A stretch of 64,000 nucleotides of DNA from Candidatus Poribacteria bacterium (GTDB taxonomy: Bacteria; Poribacteria; WGA-4E; PCPOR2b). A program made the translations under genes and the position numbers. The DNA lies in NCBI GenBank assembly GCA_965116925.1, contig OZ220744.1, positions 1,216,001 through 1,280,000 on the forward strand, given 5' to 3'. Within the stretch, counting starts at the first letter, position 1, and each line of letters opens with the position of its first letter. The notes under the pieces were generated by a model. It searched no databases. It saw only the letters and a list, made by a program, of their open reading frames with translations, and was not told where the DNA came from. Positions 49,780 to 60,605 of this stretch are shown here, piece by piece.

Positions 49780-49937
49780 AGCGGGTGTCCCTTCTTGTAC
49801 CCTAGAGATGGAGGTGGGTAGTATCCTCTGTTTTTTCGATCTTGACATTCAATCCTCAACCTATTATAATCGAAGGTGAGAACATAGTCACTATAATTTT
49901 ATACTTTTCAGGCGTTTTTATGGGATTGAATAGGATC

Positions 49938-51041
49938 ATGAATAAAGAATCTCTCCGTGCAGATGTGATCATTATTGGCGGCGGTGTAATCGGCTGTGCA
50001 ATCGCTTATAACCTTGCCAAAGCACAAATAAAAACACTGGTTATTGATAAAGCGGACAACGTTGGGCGTGAGGCGTCGTGGGCGGGTGCAGGAATCCTAG
50101 CATCTCACGCATCAACGCACGACCCCTATGCCGAACTCTGTCGTGCGAGTTTGGGGCTTTATCCGGCGTTGGCAGAAGCGTTGCAAGCGGAAACGCAGAT
50201 AGATATTGAGTTTATTAGGTCTGGATCTATCGCCGTGTTTTTCACCGATGAAGAGAAACAGGGGTTGACGGGACTAGCTGCACGGCGGTTGGATCGCGGT
50301 TTTTCTGCGGAGGTACTCATACCTGAAGAGGTCTGGGAACTGGAGCCTGCAATTTCCCCATCGATTGTCGGCGGAGTACGCTTCCCACACGATGCACAGG
50401 TCAGAAATCCTAAATTGGTGCAGGCGTTGGCAAAAGGGGCAGCACTGCTTGGAACGGAATTTCTGTTCGGCAATCCTGTGACTGCATTTCTGCGAGAAGG
50501 GGAGCGGGTGGTAGGCGTTGAGGTGAACGGAGAGCGCATTCACGCCGACACATTTGTAATCGCATCGGGGTGCTGGTCCGGGACAATCGCTGCCCAACTC
50601 GGCAGCGCGCTGCCCATGGAGCCAGCACGTGGACAGATGGTGTTAGCAGAAGCGATGCCGCCAATTCTACGGCACGTCATTGATGGCTTGGGCGTTTACT
50701 TGGTTCCCCGGTCTGATGGCAAAATCCTAATCGGTGCCACCGTTGAGTTTGTTGGCTACGACAAACGAACAACGCTAGAGGGCACGCGACAGATGATTGA
50801 AGCCGGCATCGGGTTGATGCCAACCCTCGCCGAAAAATCCTTTGTACAGACATGGGCGGGGCTGCGTCCTTACGCAAAGGGCGGTCCATATATTGGAGCG
50901 CTGCCCGGCTTTGACAATGTGTTTGTCGCCGCCGGACACTTCAAGAACGGCATTCTGCTTGCGCCAATCACAGGGAAACTGATCAGTGAGTTGATTACAA
51001 CAGGAAATCCATCAATGTCGCTAGCACCATTTAGCCTGTAA
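49938..51041 (+). CDS. thiO: Glycine oxidase
   Basis: GGGVIG, ASWAGAGIL, PARGQM, WAGLRP, GHFKNGILLAP. Confidence 0.85.
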   Translation: MNKESLRADVIIIGGGVIGCAIAYNLAKAQIKTLVIDKADNVGREASWAGAGILASHASTHDPYAELCRASLGLYPALAEALQAETQIDIEFIRSGSIAVFFTDEEKQGLTGLAARRLDRGFSAEVLIPEEVWELEPAISPSIVGGVRFPHDAQVRNPKLVQALAKGAALLGTEFLFGNPVTAFLREGERVVGVEVNGERIHADTFVIASGCWSGTIAAQLGSALPMEPARGQMVLAEAMPPILRHVIDGLGVYLVPRSDGKILIGATVEFVGYDKRTTLEGTRQMIEAGIGLMPTLAEKSFVQTWAGLRPYAKGGPYIGALPGFDNVFVAAGHFKNGILLAPITGKLISELITTGNPSMSLAPFSL

Positions 51042-51073
51042 CGGGCAAATTGGTAACGTAGGAGAAGGAGTTC

Positions 51074-51163
51074 ATGGGCGTTATATCCCTACCCACAGGC
51101 GAAACCATCCGCAGTGAAGTCTTCCCAGGCTTTCAACTAGCTGTGAACGCAATTTTTACCTAA
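51074..51163 (+). pseudogene. Remnant resembling the C-terminus of a Uma2-family endonuclease
   Basis: 29-aa ORF MGVISLPTGETIRSEVFPGFQLAVNAIFT after an AGGAG RBS. Confidence 0.5.
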
Positions 51164-51218
51164 TACCATCGGCACTTCCCTGCGGCGTTTTACGTTTCAC
51201 GCATCACGTTTCACGCGC

Positions 51219-52457
51219 TTACGTATGTCTAATCGCATCAATTGGCGTGAGCTTCGCTGCACGGCTTGCCGGGTAATATCCGAAAAATACGCCAACACCC
51301 CCGCCAGCCATTACAGCCGTCAACACCGATTCAACGGTGATGACCGAGGGCCACTCAATAAAATCCCTCATAAATTTACTGACCGCCCATGCAAAGCCGC
51401 TGCCTAACGCCGCCCCCAGAACGATGCCAATCATACTCCCGATAAGACACAGAATAATAGACTCAATCAGAAACTGTATGCGTATATCAAAGCTCTTCGC
51501 GCCAACAGCTTTCCGCAACCCAATCTCAGGGATCCGCTCTGTAACAGATACCAGCATGATATTCAGGATGCCGATTCCGCCGACAATCAAAGCAACAGAG
51601 GCGATGATGACGAGAATCATTTCAATAACCATGATAATGCGGTTCGCAGATTCTAGCTCCTCCTTCATCACCCATGTTTCAAAGAACTCCTCACCGTCGT
51701 GGTTGCGCTTCAATACCGTTTTGACTTCCTCCACCGCTTGATCGACAGATTGATGGTCTTTTGCACGGATCAGAATATGCCCCACCTGATCGTTGCCCCA
51801 AAAATGGGTCTGCGCTGTGGTAATTGGAATAAATACTTGGTTGTCCTCGCTATTCTCCGTGTCGAGCCCTTTGCCTCTAGACTCCATTACCCCCACGACG
51901 GTAAACCGCTGATTGTTAATTTTTATCTCCCTACCGATTGGGTCAAGCTCCGCAAACAGATCCTTCCAGATCTCCTCACCAATCACACAGACCTTGCTCC
52001 AGAGACTAAGATCATCATCAGACAAAAATCTACCATATCCACTGTACCACTTGCGTGCAATTTGATACTCGTGAGCGGTGGCTTGCATCTGAGCGAACTT
52101 GCGTTTCCCTCCAACCGAAATCGTTGCACTACCCCCAGCTTCGGGGGTTGCCACCTCAACGGAAGGACACTCGGTTTGGATCGCGCGTACATCCTCCATC
52201 TTCAGATAGTGTTTGCTCGGATTCCGCATCCATTTCTCATTCTTACGAATCCACTCGCGCCGATATACCCCGAACATACTCGGTCCGCCAACCTTTTCGA
52301 CTTCCCACATCAGGAGTGTCTTCGCTCCCGCCCCGAAGGACATCATCGCAATGACACCCGCAATGCCGATCACGATGCCCAACATCGTCAAAAATGACCT
52401 CAGCTTGTTTGAGCGTAAAATTGAGAATGCAGTGAATACCCCTTCTAACAGTTTCAT
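51219..52457 (-). CDS. MacB-like ABC permease
   Basis: LRSFLTMLGIVIGI, GGIGILNIMLVSVTER..EIGLRKAVGA. Confidence 0.92.
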   Translation of the reverse strand: MKLLEGVFTAFSILRSNKLRSFLTMLGIVIGIAGVIAMMSFGAGAKTLLMWEVEKVGGPSMFGVYRREWIRKNEKWMRNPSKHYLKMEDVRAIQTECPSVEVATPEAGGSATISVGGKRKFAQMQATAHEYQIARKWYSGYGRFLSDDDLSLWSKVCVIGEEIWKDLFAELDPIGREIKINNQRFTVVGVMESRGKGLDTENSEDNQVFIPITTAQTHFWGNDQVGHILIRAKDHQSVDQAVEEVKTVLKRNHDGEEFFETWVMKEELESANRIIMVIEMILVIIASVALIVGGIGILNIMLVSVTERIPEIGLRKAVGAKSFDIRIQFLIESIILCLIGSMIGIVLGAALGSGFAWAVSKFMRDFIEWPSVITVESVLTAVMAGGGVGVFFGYYPASRAAKLTPIDAIRHT

Positions 52458-52634
52458 CTAATTTCCTTTTCTGATAGGAGTTTCACACTTCAGTAAGAAA
52501 CAACGATCATTGTTCCCTACAAAGCAAAACCGATACCTAAGGATCTACTATAAGTTACCCAATTTATCTGCTATCTATACAGAAACGATGGATAACCGAA
52601 CGGCGGAGTATTAAGTTATTTCGGCACTACTTGA

Positions 52635-53144
52635 CTACTTTGATAGGAATTCATATGGATCTATCCCCGCAGATTTATAGTCAACAATCCTGATTCCTTC
52701 TGGGGGTTCCCCATTATTGAGTTGATCCATAATTTTACTACTATCATTCGGACCCGATGTCAAAACACTGCTAGCGTACCGATATATTGTGCCGTCCGGC
52801 TCTTCGTTCTGGGCCCATTCCACATAGACAACGTCGGGATAGAGTGGATAAAATATGCCATTCTCAATAACGCCACCGGTAAAATCGCGATTCCCTTCGC
52901 TCCATAACTTCACCATAACCATACTTAACAACTCCTGTTCTCTAACCAGCACAGACGGTAGCTGTGCCCGCTCTGCTGCAGGGCGCTGCCAGAAGACTTG
53001 ACGTGGATAGTCCTCGGGCACTTCAGGATACTCGAAGCCAGTAACAGATCTGTCTGCTTTCGACCCTACTATCGCGCATCCATATATCACGAAGCAAACG
53101 ACGGTTGCAATGCAGGTAATAAGAATTCTCTGGAGATATTTCAT
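52635..53144 (-). CDS. Putative lipoprotein
   Basis: MKYLQRILITCIATVVCFVIYGC signal peptide and lipobox after a GGAAGGGG RBS. Confidence 0.6.
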   Translation of the reverse strand: MKYLQRILITCIATVVCFVIYGCAIVGSKADRSVTGFEYPEVPEDYPRQVFWQRPAAERAQLPSVLVREQELLSMVMVKLWSEGNRDFTGGVIENGIFYPLYPDVVYVEWAQNEEPDGTIYRYASSVLTSGPNDSSKIMDQLNNGEPPEGIRIVDYKSAGIDPYEFLSK

Positions 53145-53445
53145 GTCCTGCCCCTTCCCTTGTTGTGGTAATAATTGGTATGAGTCTATGGCTGCCGATT
53201 GACAATTGACGACTTTGATCCTCGTTGGGGTTTTTCTATTATTGAGTGGATCCATGATCACATCACTATCATTCACACTAGTTTAGTTTGTCCGATTTAA
53301 CTCTGAGTTGTCAAGTTGAAAACTCTCAGTACGGAGGAGAAATAGCCCTCGCTTTTTTATTGCGATGTTGAACCCTGTGTGATAGAATCACCCGCAATTA
53401 TGGAACAATAATAACCTTATTCATTCAGACGGAAAACAATCCTCA

Positions 53446-55287
53446 ATGTTTAGAAATCAGGGAGAAGTATTGCTCCCATACCCGCGTCTCACTACCCAGA
53501 AAGAGATTGATGCCCATCGCAAAAAACTCCAGCAGTTGAAGCATAAGAACATAGCCGCGTGGCTTTTGCTGGATACCGTGACTACCGACACCCGCTTCTG
53601 GCTCAATTTTGTCGAACATACGTTTCATCAAACTGAGCGGCAAGAAACCATCCAGAACCAACTCCGGGGGTGGGCACACACCTCCCAAAGGTCCGACCGT
53701 ATCTACCTCCTTGCGGAGGCGAACGCAGACGCCCCCTGTTACGATATAACCGACTACATCCAACGTTGTGTGGACGGCGATCTCTCCATTGCAGACCGGT
53801 TAAAAGGACGAACAATCTTTCGCCTGTATCAGACAGAGACACAAGGGTATGATCTGTTAAGCCAGCAGGGTGTCGATGCGCTCGCTCTCCAGATTTTGGA
53901 AAGGTATATCCACACATTTCACGATCTGATAGAACATTCCGTGGCAGGATTCTGCTGCGAATTCCCGACATTTCTTTCTCCTCTCAAGGTGTCCGCGACT
54001 TCGATTCCTTGGAGCGATGCGTTGGGGAAAACTTTGGAACCAGAGCTACTAGCTCACCTGCCGCTAATTCATTATGAAACCTACGATTCAGCAACAATCC
54101 GCAGCCTCTTTTGGGAGCGATTAACCCAACAGTTTGCAGCGGTCTGTGTCGGAGGATTGGGGGACTTCTCCCACCAATGGGATCTACAATTTGCCATCAA
54201 CTTCCCATCAACGACGAAAGCGTTAGAGGTCGATATCGGGACAATTCTGAAAGCCGCAGACCGCCCCATCCTCAACGCAAATAAGCTGGATAAACCCAAG
54301 CCGTTTTTAATTGCAAAGCAGATTGCCAGTCGAAAACTATCGGAACGGAGCCATTTTGAATCCCCAGGAGGTTCAGGTCAAATCAGCCTATGCCGATCTG
54401 GTTCAAACGCAGATCGACTCGTTACTGATAGTGCGTTGGGATTCAATTCATGGATGAGTCATGGGGACTATAACAACAGCAAGATTGCATCAGAAGGCAA
54501 CGAGGCACATTACTTTAGTCAATTTCTATCAATCGGTGTTCCAAAAAGACCTGTTCTTGTTCTCTCTCCGATCCACAGTCTATGGACGAAACCCGATCCA
54601 AAGGGATGGAATTGGCTGGTGAAAGAATGGAGTTGGCTCTGCCAGACAGTCTGGGAGCTTGGATACGATTTTGATGTCGCCTCCGAGACGGGGCTTGCTA
54701 CGGAGGAAGTAGATAAATCCAATCGCACATTGCGCCTGAACGGAGGAGATTATTCATCGGTTTTGCTACCGCCCTGTTTAGCACTTCAGGAGGGAACAGT
54801 AGAGGTGTTGACTCAGTTTGTCAAAGCACGGGGCGGGCTAATCGCCGTAGATCCGGTCCCTTACCTGCTCAACGGTCGAATCGGCTTGGATCCCTACCCG
54901 CTTGAACGATTACTTTATCGACGACGCACCTCTATCCTACGGGGAACGGCAAACGAAAAAGTTGCAGCCCTTGAGCGATTGCTACGCAAGCGAATTAAGC
55001 TGCCGATACAGATTTACGCTAAACCCGAGAATACCCCAACCCGCGCAATCGTTGCCCAGCACCGCGAATCTGCGAATCTGGATCTGTTCTATCTATTCAA
55101 TCGCGGTGAACAACCAATCGAAACACTGATTGAAATTCAATGGGAATCAACCGTTGAGGAGTGGGATTCGACAAGTGGAGAGCGACATGCGCGATCCCAT
55201 TGGCACGCGGATGGAAAGACATACACGCAGTTATCCTTTGATTGTGGACAGGGAAGATTTATCGCTGCACGCCGAGGTGTACCATAA
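53446..55287 (+). CDS. Hypothetical protein, degenerate glycoside-hydrolase-like (GH106-like C-terminal half)
   Basis: SIPWS, GYDFDVASE, YSSVLLP, LFYLFN and VEEWD..SGE patterns; the FxDEP-like site reads FCCEFP. Confidence 0.55.
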   Translation: MFRNQGEVLLPYPRLTTQKEIDAHRKKLQQLKHKNIAAWLLLDTVTTDTRFWLNFVEHTFHQTERQETIQNQLRGWAHTSQRSDRIYLLAEANADAPCYDITDYIQRCVDGDLSIADRLKGRTIFRLYQTETQGYDLLSQQGVDALALQILERYIHTFHDLIEHSVAGFCCEFPTFLSPLKVSATSIPWSDALGKTLEPELLAHLPLIHYETYDSATIRSLFWERLTQQFAAVCVGGLGDFSHQWDLQFAINFPSTTKALEVDIGTILKAADRPILNANKLDKPKPFLIAKQIASRKLSERSHFESPGGSGQISLCRSGSNADRLVTDSALGFNSWMSHGDYNNSKIASEGNEAHYFSQFLSIGVPKRPVLVLSPIHSLWTKPDPKGWNWLVKEWSWLCQTVWELGYDFDVASETGLATEEVDKSNRTLRLNGGDYSSVLLPPCLALQEGTVEVLTQFVKARGGLIAVDPVPYLLNGRIGLDPYPLERLLYRRRTSILRGTANEKVAALERLLRKRIKLPIQIYAKPENTPTRAIVAQHRESANLDLFYLFNRGEQPIETLIEIQWESTVEEWDSTSGERHARSHWHADGKTYTQLSFDCGQGRFIAARRGVP

Positions 55288-55356
55288 TGAATCTGAGTAT
55301 GCCATACTTCAACCAATGTTTTGCGCTTGTGTTTTAAGTTCTATAGTGGTATCCTA

Positions 55357-55605
55357 ACACAAGTTGTCATAAGGTAATAGGCATATTCCGTATGCCGTAA
55401 CTGTGTACATTGAGTTGTAGGTTGGGTTGAACGGTAACCGTGAAACCCAACACCATCGGGGCAGCCATTTTCGCTCCAGCGGAGGACATGTCTATAGAAA
55501 ATGATGCGTCCATCTCTCGCGCTCTAGCGGAGCGCAATGTATAGAGAGCGTTAGTTTAATGAACTAATAAACCTACAAATCCCTAGTGGGACGAAGCAAC
55601 TGAAT
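55357..55605. repeat. Degenerate family C MITE with REP palindromes
   Basis: TATCCTA-ACACAAGTTG left end; taggcata.tccgtatgccgtaac shared with about 38880-38904; GTAGGTTGGG REP. Confidence 0.5.
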
Positions 55606-55713
55606 TATAGTGAATTCAAAAAATAAAGAAACACGTGCGCCCCCCATGTTTGGTAGGCACTGTTTCCAATTGCGCCGGTTCAGAGTGTCCCATTAATTCT
55701 AAAATCTACTATA
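55606..55713. mobile_element. MITE family A
   Basis: tatagtgaattcaaaaaataaag...cattaattctaaaatctactata. Confidence 0.82.
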
Positions 55714-55740
55714 AAATAATCAATCCAAAGGAGTGTATTA

Positions 55741-57315
55741 ATGACAGGAGGAGAACTTTTTGTCGAATGTTTGAAAGCACAAGGCGTTAAGGACATTTTT
55801 GGCATACCGGGCGGACATTTAGATCCGGTTTATGAATCACTCTACAAAAATCGCGATACAATTCGCCACTATGTGGGTCGCCATGAGGGAGGGTGTGCTT
55901 TCATGGCGGATGGATATGCCCGCACGACTGGCGAAGTCGGTGTATGTATGACCGTGCCGGGACCCGGCGCAGCCAACGCTGCAATCGGGATTGGTGAAGC
56001 ATACACGGCTTGCTCGCCGGTGCTGCTGGTCACCGGACAAAATCCCTCCCATCTTGCCAAGAAAGATCCGGGGAAGATGTTTCACGGTTTAGACCAGAAA
56101 GCCGCGTTTGCGACAATGACGAAGCACATAGAGCTTGTCCACAATATCCGAGAAATCCCCGGTGCCGTCAACCGAGCCTTCGGCGCATTACGGTCAGGAC
56201 GACCCCGACCCGTTTTAATCGAGCTTGCCACTGATGCGTTACATGCAGAGGTGGACGACTCCGACGTATTCATTCCACCGATGAACAAAGGACTCCGACC
56301 AGGAGCAAGTCCGGAGGAGATTGATGAGGCTATTCAGCTAATCCAGAGAGCGGAACGTCCATTTATTTTCGCAGGCGGCGGGATCTGCCATACACGAGCA
56401 ACGGAAGAGCTACTTGAATTTGCGAGACTGCTCAACGCACCTGTCGCAACGAGCGCGAAGGCAAAGGGGGCAATCCCTGAAGATTCACCATACTCACTGC
56501 GTGTTTTCAACAATCCCACCACGCACAGGGCGTTGAAGGAATCTGATTTGATGATTGCCATCGGTACGCGCTTTACCTACCGGGACACAGGCAACTGGTC
56601 GCTGAAGATTAACCAACCGCTGCTGCACATCGAAGCGGATCCCGCAGAGATTAATCGGGACTATCCCGCCGCCGTTGGAATTAGTGCGAATCCGAAGGTG
56701 GTCTTGCAGCAACTGAATACTGAACTTAAAGAGAGGACAGAGGGTTGGGGTGAGCGATTGCACGAATTACACAGACAGGCGGCTTATGCGGAACGTTCAC
56801 CCATTATTGAACAACTCCGCGCTGCAATGCCCCTTGATGCTATTTTGAGCGTTGATGTCAATATCACCGGATATGCTGCGACGCAAGACTTCACGGTTTA
56901 CGGACCAGGCATGTATATCTGGTCCGGAATTTCCGTTGCGATGGGAATTGGATTGACAGGGGCAATCGGTGCACAAGTTGCCCATCCAGATCGTAAAGTG
57001 GTTGCCCTCTGCGGCGACGGTGGTTTCCTGATGAACAGTCCGGAGCTAGCAACAGCTGTGAAGTATAATCTGCCAGTCGTCACAATCGTCATGAACGATA
57101 ACACCTTCAGCTCAATCGCACGGACTCAGGTCGATCGGTTCGGGACAGGGTTAGGCGTCGATGTGGTCAATCCCGATTTCGTCAAATTTGCGGAATCGTT
57201 CGGTGCGGTCGGCTTTTGCGTCGAAGATGAAGCGGATTTCAAACCGACAGTCGATAAAGCGTTGACGCTGGACAAGCCTTCCCTGATTGAGGTTGTCAAA
57301 CATAAGCAATATTAA
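55741..57315 (+). CDS. ThDP-dependent acetolactate-synthase-like enzyme
   Basis: FGIPGG, RHEGG..FMADGYAR, GDGGFLM..N, NPDFVKFAESFG. Confidence 0.88.
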   Translation: MTGGELFVECLKAQGVKDIFGIPGGHLDPVYESLYKNRDTIRHYVGRHEGGCAFMADGYARTTGEVGVCMTVPGPGAANAAIGIGEAYTACSPVLLVTGQNPSHLAKKDPGKMFHGLDQKAAFATMTKHIELVHNIREIPGAVNRAFGALRSGRPRPVLIELATDALHAEVDDSDVFIPPMNKGLRPGASPEEIDEAIQLIQRAERPFIFAGGGICHTRATEELLEFARLLNAPVATSAKAKGAIPEDSPYSLRVFNNPTTHRALKESDLMIAIGTRFTYRDTGNWSLKINQPLLHIEADPAEINRDYPAAVGISANPKVVLQQLNTELKERTEGWGERLHELHRQAAYAERSPIIEQLRAAMPLDAILSVDVNITGYAATQDFTVYGPGMYIWSGISVAMGIGLTGAIGAQVAHPDRKVVALCGDGGFLMNSPELATAVKYNLPVVTIVMNDNTFSSIARTQVDRFGTGLGVDVVNPDFVKFAESFGAVGFCVEDEADFKPTVDKALTLDKPSLIEVVKHKQY

Positions 57316-57463
57316 TTCAAATCGCTTTGGAGTCAAGTCCTATCAAGGAAACGTGAGGGATAGTGCATAACGGGTAATGCGTGAGCCGCCTACCTTTACA
57401 TATTACGCATTACTCGTTATATATGCATTACAATAAAAAAAGATGTATTAGTTCAACCTCCCC

Positions 57464-58564
57464 ATGAACCTGCCAGATCCTCCACAAGTAATCGAACAGA
57501 TTGCTGCATATCTCCATATTTCACCGGATCAGATAAAATGCGTCCCGATCCGACACGGCACGCTCGAAAGAAACAACGTCTGGCGGCTAACGGCGATGGG
57601 GCGCACTTACCTTCTTAAACAACATCTGATAACCCAGCCAGTCGGTGAATCTACCTTTACGCCATTTCAGATCGAATCCGTGGTGCTCTTGAGGTTGCAT
57701 CAGGCGGGCTGCCGTGTGCCAGAGCTTTATTGGTGGTCAGATGCAGCGAGCTGTTTACTCATGGAATGGTGCGGGGATACGACGCTTGATGACCTTGCCC
57801 AAGAAACGCCAACTGATAAGCTGAAGCCGATTGTTGAAAACACCATCCGAGCGTTCTGTCAACTGGAGGCGGGATTCGCCAAAACTGCCCACGCGCTCAA
57901 TCCCTACATATACCCCCTCGACTATTCGGTGTTTTTACAGGATATGCTGCAGACGCTATTGGATCAGGGGAGAAAAACCCTCGACTATTTAGCATGGATG
58001 AAGGGCGAGCCAATGCCCGCCGATCGAGCAGCAAGGCTTGACGCAATTTGGGAGCGGATGTCAAATTGCTTGCATCGCGCAACGCCAACGCTGGGCACTT
58101 TGGATTATAACGCACGGAACATCGTAGTAAATGGAGAAACTCCAACCTTCATCGATTTTGGGGGGATCGGTTGGGATTGGAGTGAGCGGCGTCTGGTGCA
58201 ATCACTCAACAGCCTAAGCGCAAATCGGACAAACGGGAATTTTGTCAGTTTGTTAAACCGGGGAATCGTGGAGGAATACGCAGAGCAAATCGCCGAATAT
58301 CGTGAGGACTGGTCAAAAGCGGAGATTGCCGCACAAGTTGATTGCCACCAACTGCTCTTTTACCTGTCGGTCGTCCATCGACTCCTCCAATCGACAGCGC
58401 AACCGGAGACAGCAGAAAGCAAAGCCACCCTACAGGCATGGGGCAACCCAAAAGCGAGATTTCAACACGCTTTAACGCTCCTCACCGATTCTCACTTGAG
58501 TGAGGACACTGATGCCGCACACCTCCGAGAATCCATCGCCGCTTTTAGGGAGGCATCAAACTAG
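57464..58564 (+). CDS. APH/choline-kinase-like phosphotransferase
   Basis: YLLK, LLMEWCG, LDYNARN, FIDF. Confidence 0.72.
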   Translation: MNLPDPPQVIEQIAAYLHISPDQIKCVPIRHGTLERNNVWRLTAMGRTYLLKQHLITQPVGESTFTPFQIESVVLLRLHQAGCRVPELYWWSDAASCLLMEWCGDTTLDDLAQETPTDKLKPIVENTIRAFCQLEAGFAKTAHALNPYIYPLDYSVFLQDMLQTLLDQGRKTLDYLAWMKGEPMPADRAARLDAIWERMSNCLHRATPTLGTLDYNARNIVVNGETPTFIDFGGIGWDWSERRLVQSLNSLSANRTNGNFVSLLNRGIVEEYAEQIAEYREDWSKAEIAAQVDCHQLLFYLSVVHRLLQSTAQPETAESKATLQAWGNPKARFQHALTLLTDSHLSEDTDAAHLRESIAAFREASN

Positions 58565-58568
58565 AACA

Positions 58569-58933
58569 ACGCAAGTTGCTAGCAGCCTATTGCTTTGAAT
58601 GCCAATCTGATTGGTGCTCCCTATACCCTAACCTCGCTCCGTATTCATAAGTTCCCTAACCTGTGAAATGAACCAATGAACTAATGAACTAACACGGTCG
58701 TATCAGGACGACATGCGTTTAGGATTAGGCTCATGTAAAAAGAAAGTGCAAAACGCGAAGCGAAATCGTAGGGGCGGGGTCTCCCCGCCCGTGGCACATC
58801 CCGCCTGTCCCGATTCATCGGGGATTTATCGGGGTAGTAAGGGTTGGGGGACCCAACCCCTACAAAGATTCGATTGCCGTTGCACGCTTTCTTAACATGA
58901 GTTTAGAATTATAACGCAACTAGCAACTTAGGT
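58569..58933. mobile_element. MITE family C containing a nested family B element
   Basis: ACGCAAGTTGCTAG ... CTAGCAACTTAGGT ends. Confidence 0.72.
58728..58903. mobile_element. MITE family B (nested)
   Basis: GGCTCATGTAAAAAGAAAGTGCAA ... TTGCACGCTTTCTTAACATGAG; flanks TAGGATTA/TAGAATTA. Confidence 0.78.
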
Positions 58934-58942
58934 TATCATAGC

Positions 58943-59824
58943 TTACCACGTCCGTTCCTTCAATAACTCTTCGATAGCATCTCTCGGTACTGGCAGCTCA
59001 TCAATATGGTCCTCCAACCAGTCAGAGAAATCTTTCTCGATGTCGTCCGTCCATCGCGCGTCGATCTGGCCCGGCGTGTATTTACCTTCGCTCAAGCGGG
59101 TTTTCCCGAACTGATCCCTCAGACGAACAAGCTCAGAGGTTCTCACAACCGTCTCCGCAAGATGCGGTGGAATAAAAATAACCCCATCCTCTTTTCCGAG
59201 GACAACATCCCCCGGCATCACCGTCGCCTGACCGATCCGTATCGGCGTATTGACCCCCGTTAGCATAATCGTCGGTGAAGCATAGGTTGGGCTCCATCCC
59301 CTGACAAAACTGGTAAAACCGGGAATTTCCTTGATACCGTCCAAGTCACGCACAGCGGCATCGTGGACGACACCATTGCCGGATTTCGCGTGGATGGCGA
59401 TTGCAAGGTTGTCACCAATAACGGGACCTTCCTCAACCTTCCCGAAAACATCGGCGACATAGACATCGCCTTGAACTAGCATGTCGATGGGCCAAGAGAT
59501 TTGGTCCCCGACGCAGCCACACCTGTCCCCCTTCTCCTCCATCAGCGTTCGCATCGCCGGGCGTCTGGGCATATAGACCGCCGTCAACGCCCTACCAACA
59601 AGCACGCCGTCCGGGTGTGTACATTGCCAATTGCCTTCATACTGCCACTGGTATCCGTTACCTCGCAGAGTGCCCCACGCTTGGGTTACCGATACACTTT
59701 TCATCCGTTCGATGATATCATCCGAAACCTTCGGACGACCGTCCGGAAATCGTTCTCCCTGCCACTCGTGAGTATACTCAATCATCTCATCTCGTGTCAG
59801 ATTCAGCGGTGCAAATTTTTCCAT
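58943..59824 (-). CDS. RraA/HMG-aldolase family protein
   Basis: RFPDGRPKV, GDNL, AVRD, VMPGDVVLG..DGVIFIP. Confidence 0.85.
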   Translation of the reverse strand: MEKFAPLNLTRDEMIEYTHEWQGERFPDGRPKVSDDIIERMKSVSVTQAWGTLRGNGYQWQYEGNWQCTHPDGVLVGRALTAVYMPRRPAMRTLMEEKGDRCGCVGDQISWPIDMLVQGDVYVADVFGKVEEGPVIGDNLAIAIHAKSGNGVVHDAAVRDLDGIKEIPGFTSFVRGWSPTYASPTIMLTGVNTPIRIGQATVMPGDVVLGKEDGVIFIPPHLAETVVRTSELVRLRDQFGKTRLSEGKYTPGQIDARWTDDIEKDFSDWLEDHIDELPVPRDAIEELLKERTW

Positions 59825-59855
59825 CGTCATCTCCTCCCAAAAATATAAAGTCAAT

Positions 59856-60052
59856 CGCCCATGTTAAGAAAGCGTGAAACAGAAACCGAGTTTTTTCTTC
59901 AAAACTCGGTTTCTGTTCGGATTTGCACTGTCTTTTTTTCGCCCTGTGGGTTGGGCTTGCCAGTCCGACTGCCCTAACGAACGAATGGTTTTCACGTTTC
60001 ACGCATCACGTTTCACGTTTTTTGTGCTTTGCACTTTCTTTTTATATGAGCC
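59856..60052. mobile_element. MITE family B
   Basis: Family B ends; perfect 8-bp flanking duplication AAGTCAAT (59848-59855 and 60053-60060). Confidence 0.82.
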
Positions 60053-60173
60053 AAGTCAATATATTCGCATTATAGTGGACAGTCCCAATAAAATCAAGAC
60101 GACAATTCAGTTTTTTCGACTAGAACCTCTTGGAAGAGAGATCTCCGAATTCCGATACTTTACTAGGGCTATT

Positions 60174-60275
60174 TATAGTGAATTCAAAAAATAAAGAAAC
60201 ACTTGCGCCCCCCGGTGGGTACGGTTTGTAACCGCACCGGTTTGGCGTGTCCCATTAATTCTAAAATCTACTATA
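60174..60275. mobile_element. MITE family A
   Basis: Same ends as 55606-55713. Confidence 0.82.
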
Positions 60276-60486
60276 ATTTTCCATTTTTTGACCGATTTCG
60301 GGATGACACGAATCCGCAGGCGGGGCAGCCGGTCTCCCCACAGTTTGTAGTAGCGCGTTCATTGCGCGTTCTTGTGCCAACTGTCCATAGCATCTTTTAT
60401 CCGTGTAATCTGTTAATCCGCGTCTATCCGTGATTCAGACAATAATATGGGAAAATTAAATGACCCTAATACTTCACTGTAGGTGC

Positions 60487-60516
60487 TTGCATAAATTCCT
60501 TAAATAGTTGTATAAT
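60487..60516 (+). promoter_or_regulatory. Sigma70-type promoter upstream of a PD40 gene
   Basis: TTGCAT-N18-TATAAT. Confidence 0.55.
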
Positions 60517-60605
60517 TTTAGTAAGGCAAGGGTTTCCTAAACAATCTGACCTTTATCGCCCCCAAAGAACAGAAAAGTGATTTGAGAGCAGAGGAGGCAT
60601 AACAA

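Noticed and set aside
49780..49937. TPP riboswitch upstream of thiO
   Set aside because: No recognisable TPP aptamer core in the short intergenic region.
51699..52397. 232-aa plus-strand ORF and other short antisense ORFs in the track
   Set aside because: They are shadows of well-supported genes on the opposite strand and show no motifs.
55357..58933. Second cargo element spanning the ThDP enzyme and kinase genes (flanks TATCCTA/TATCATA)
   Set aside because: A better-matching left end lies at 58569, and the TA-N3-TA target bias makes a 6/7 match weak evidence.
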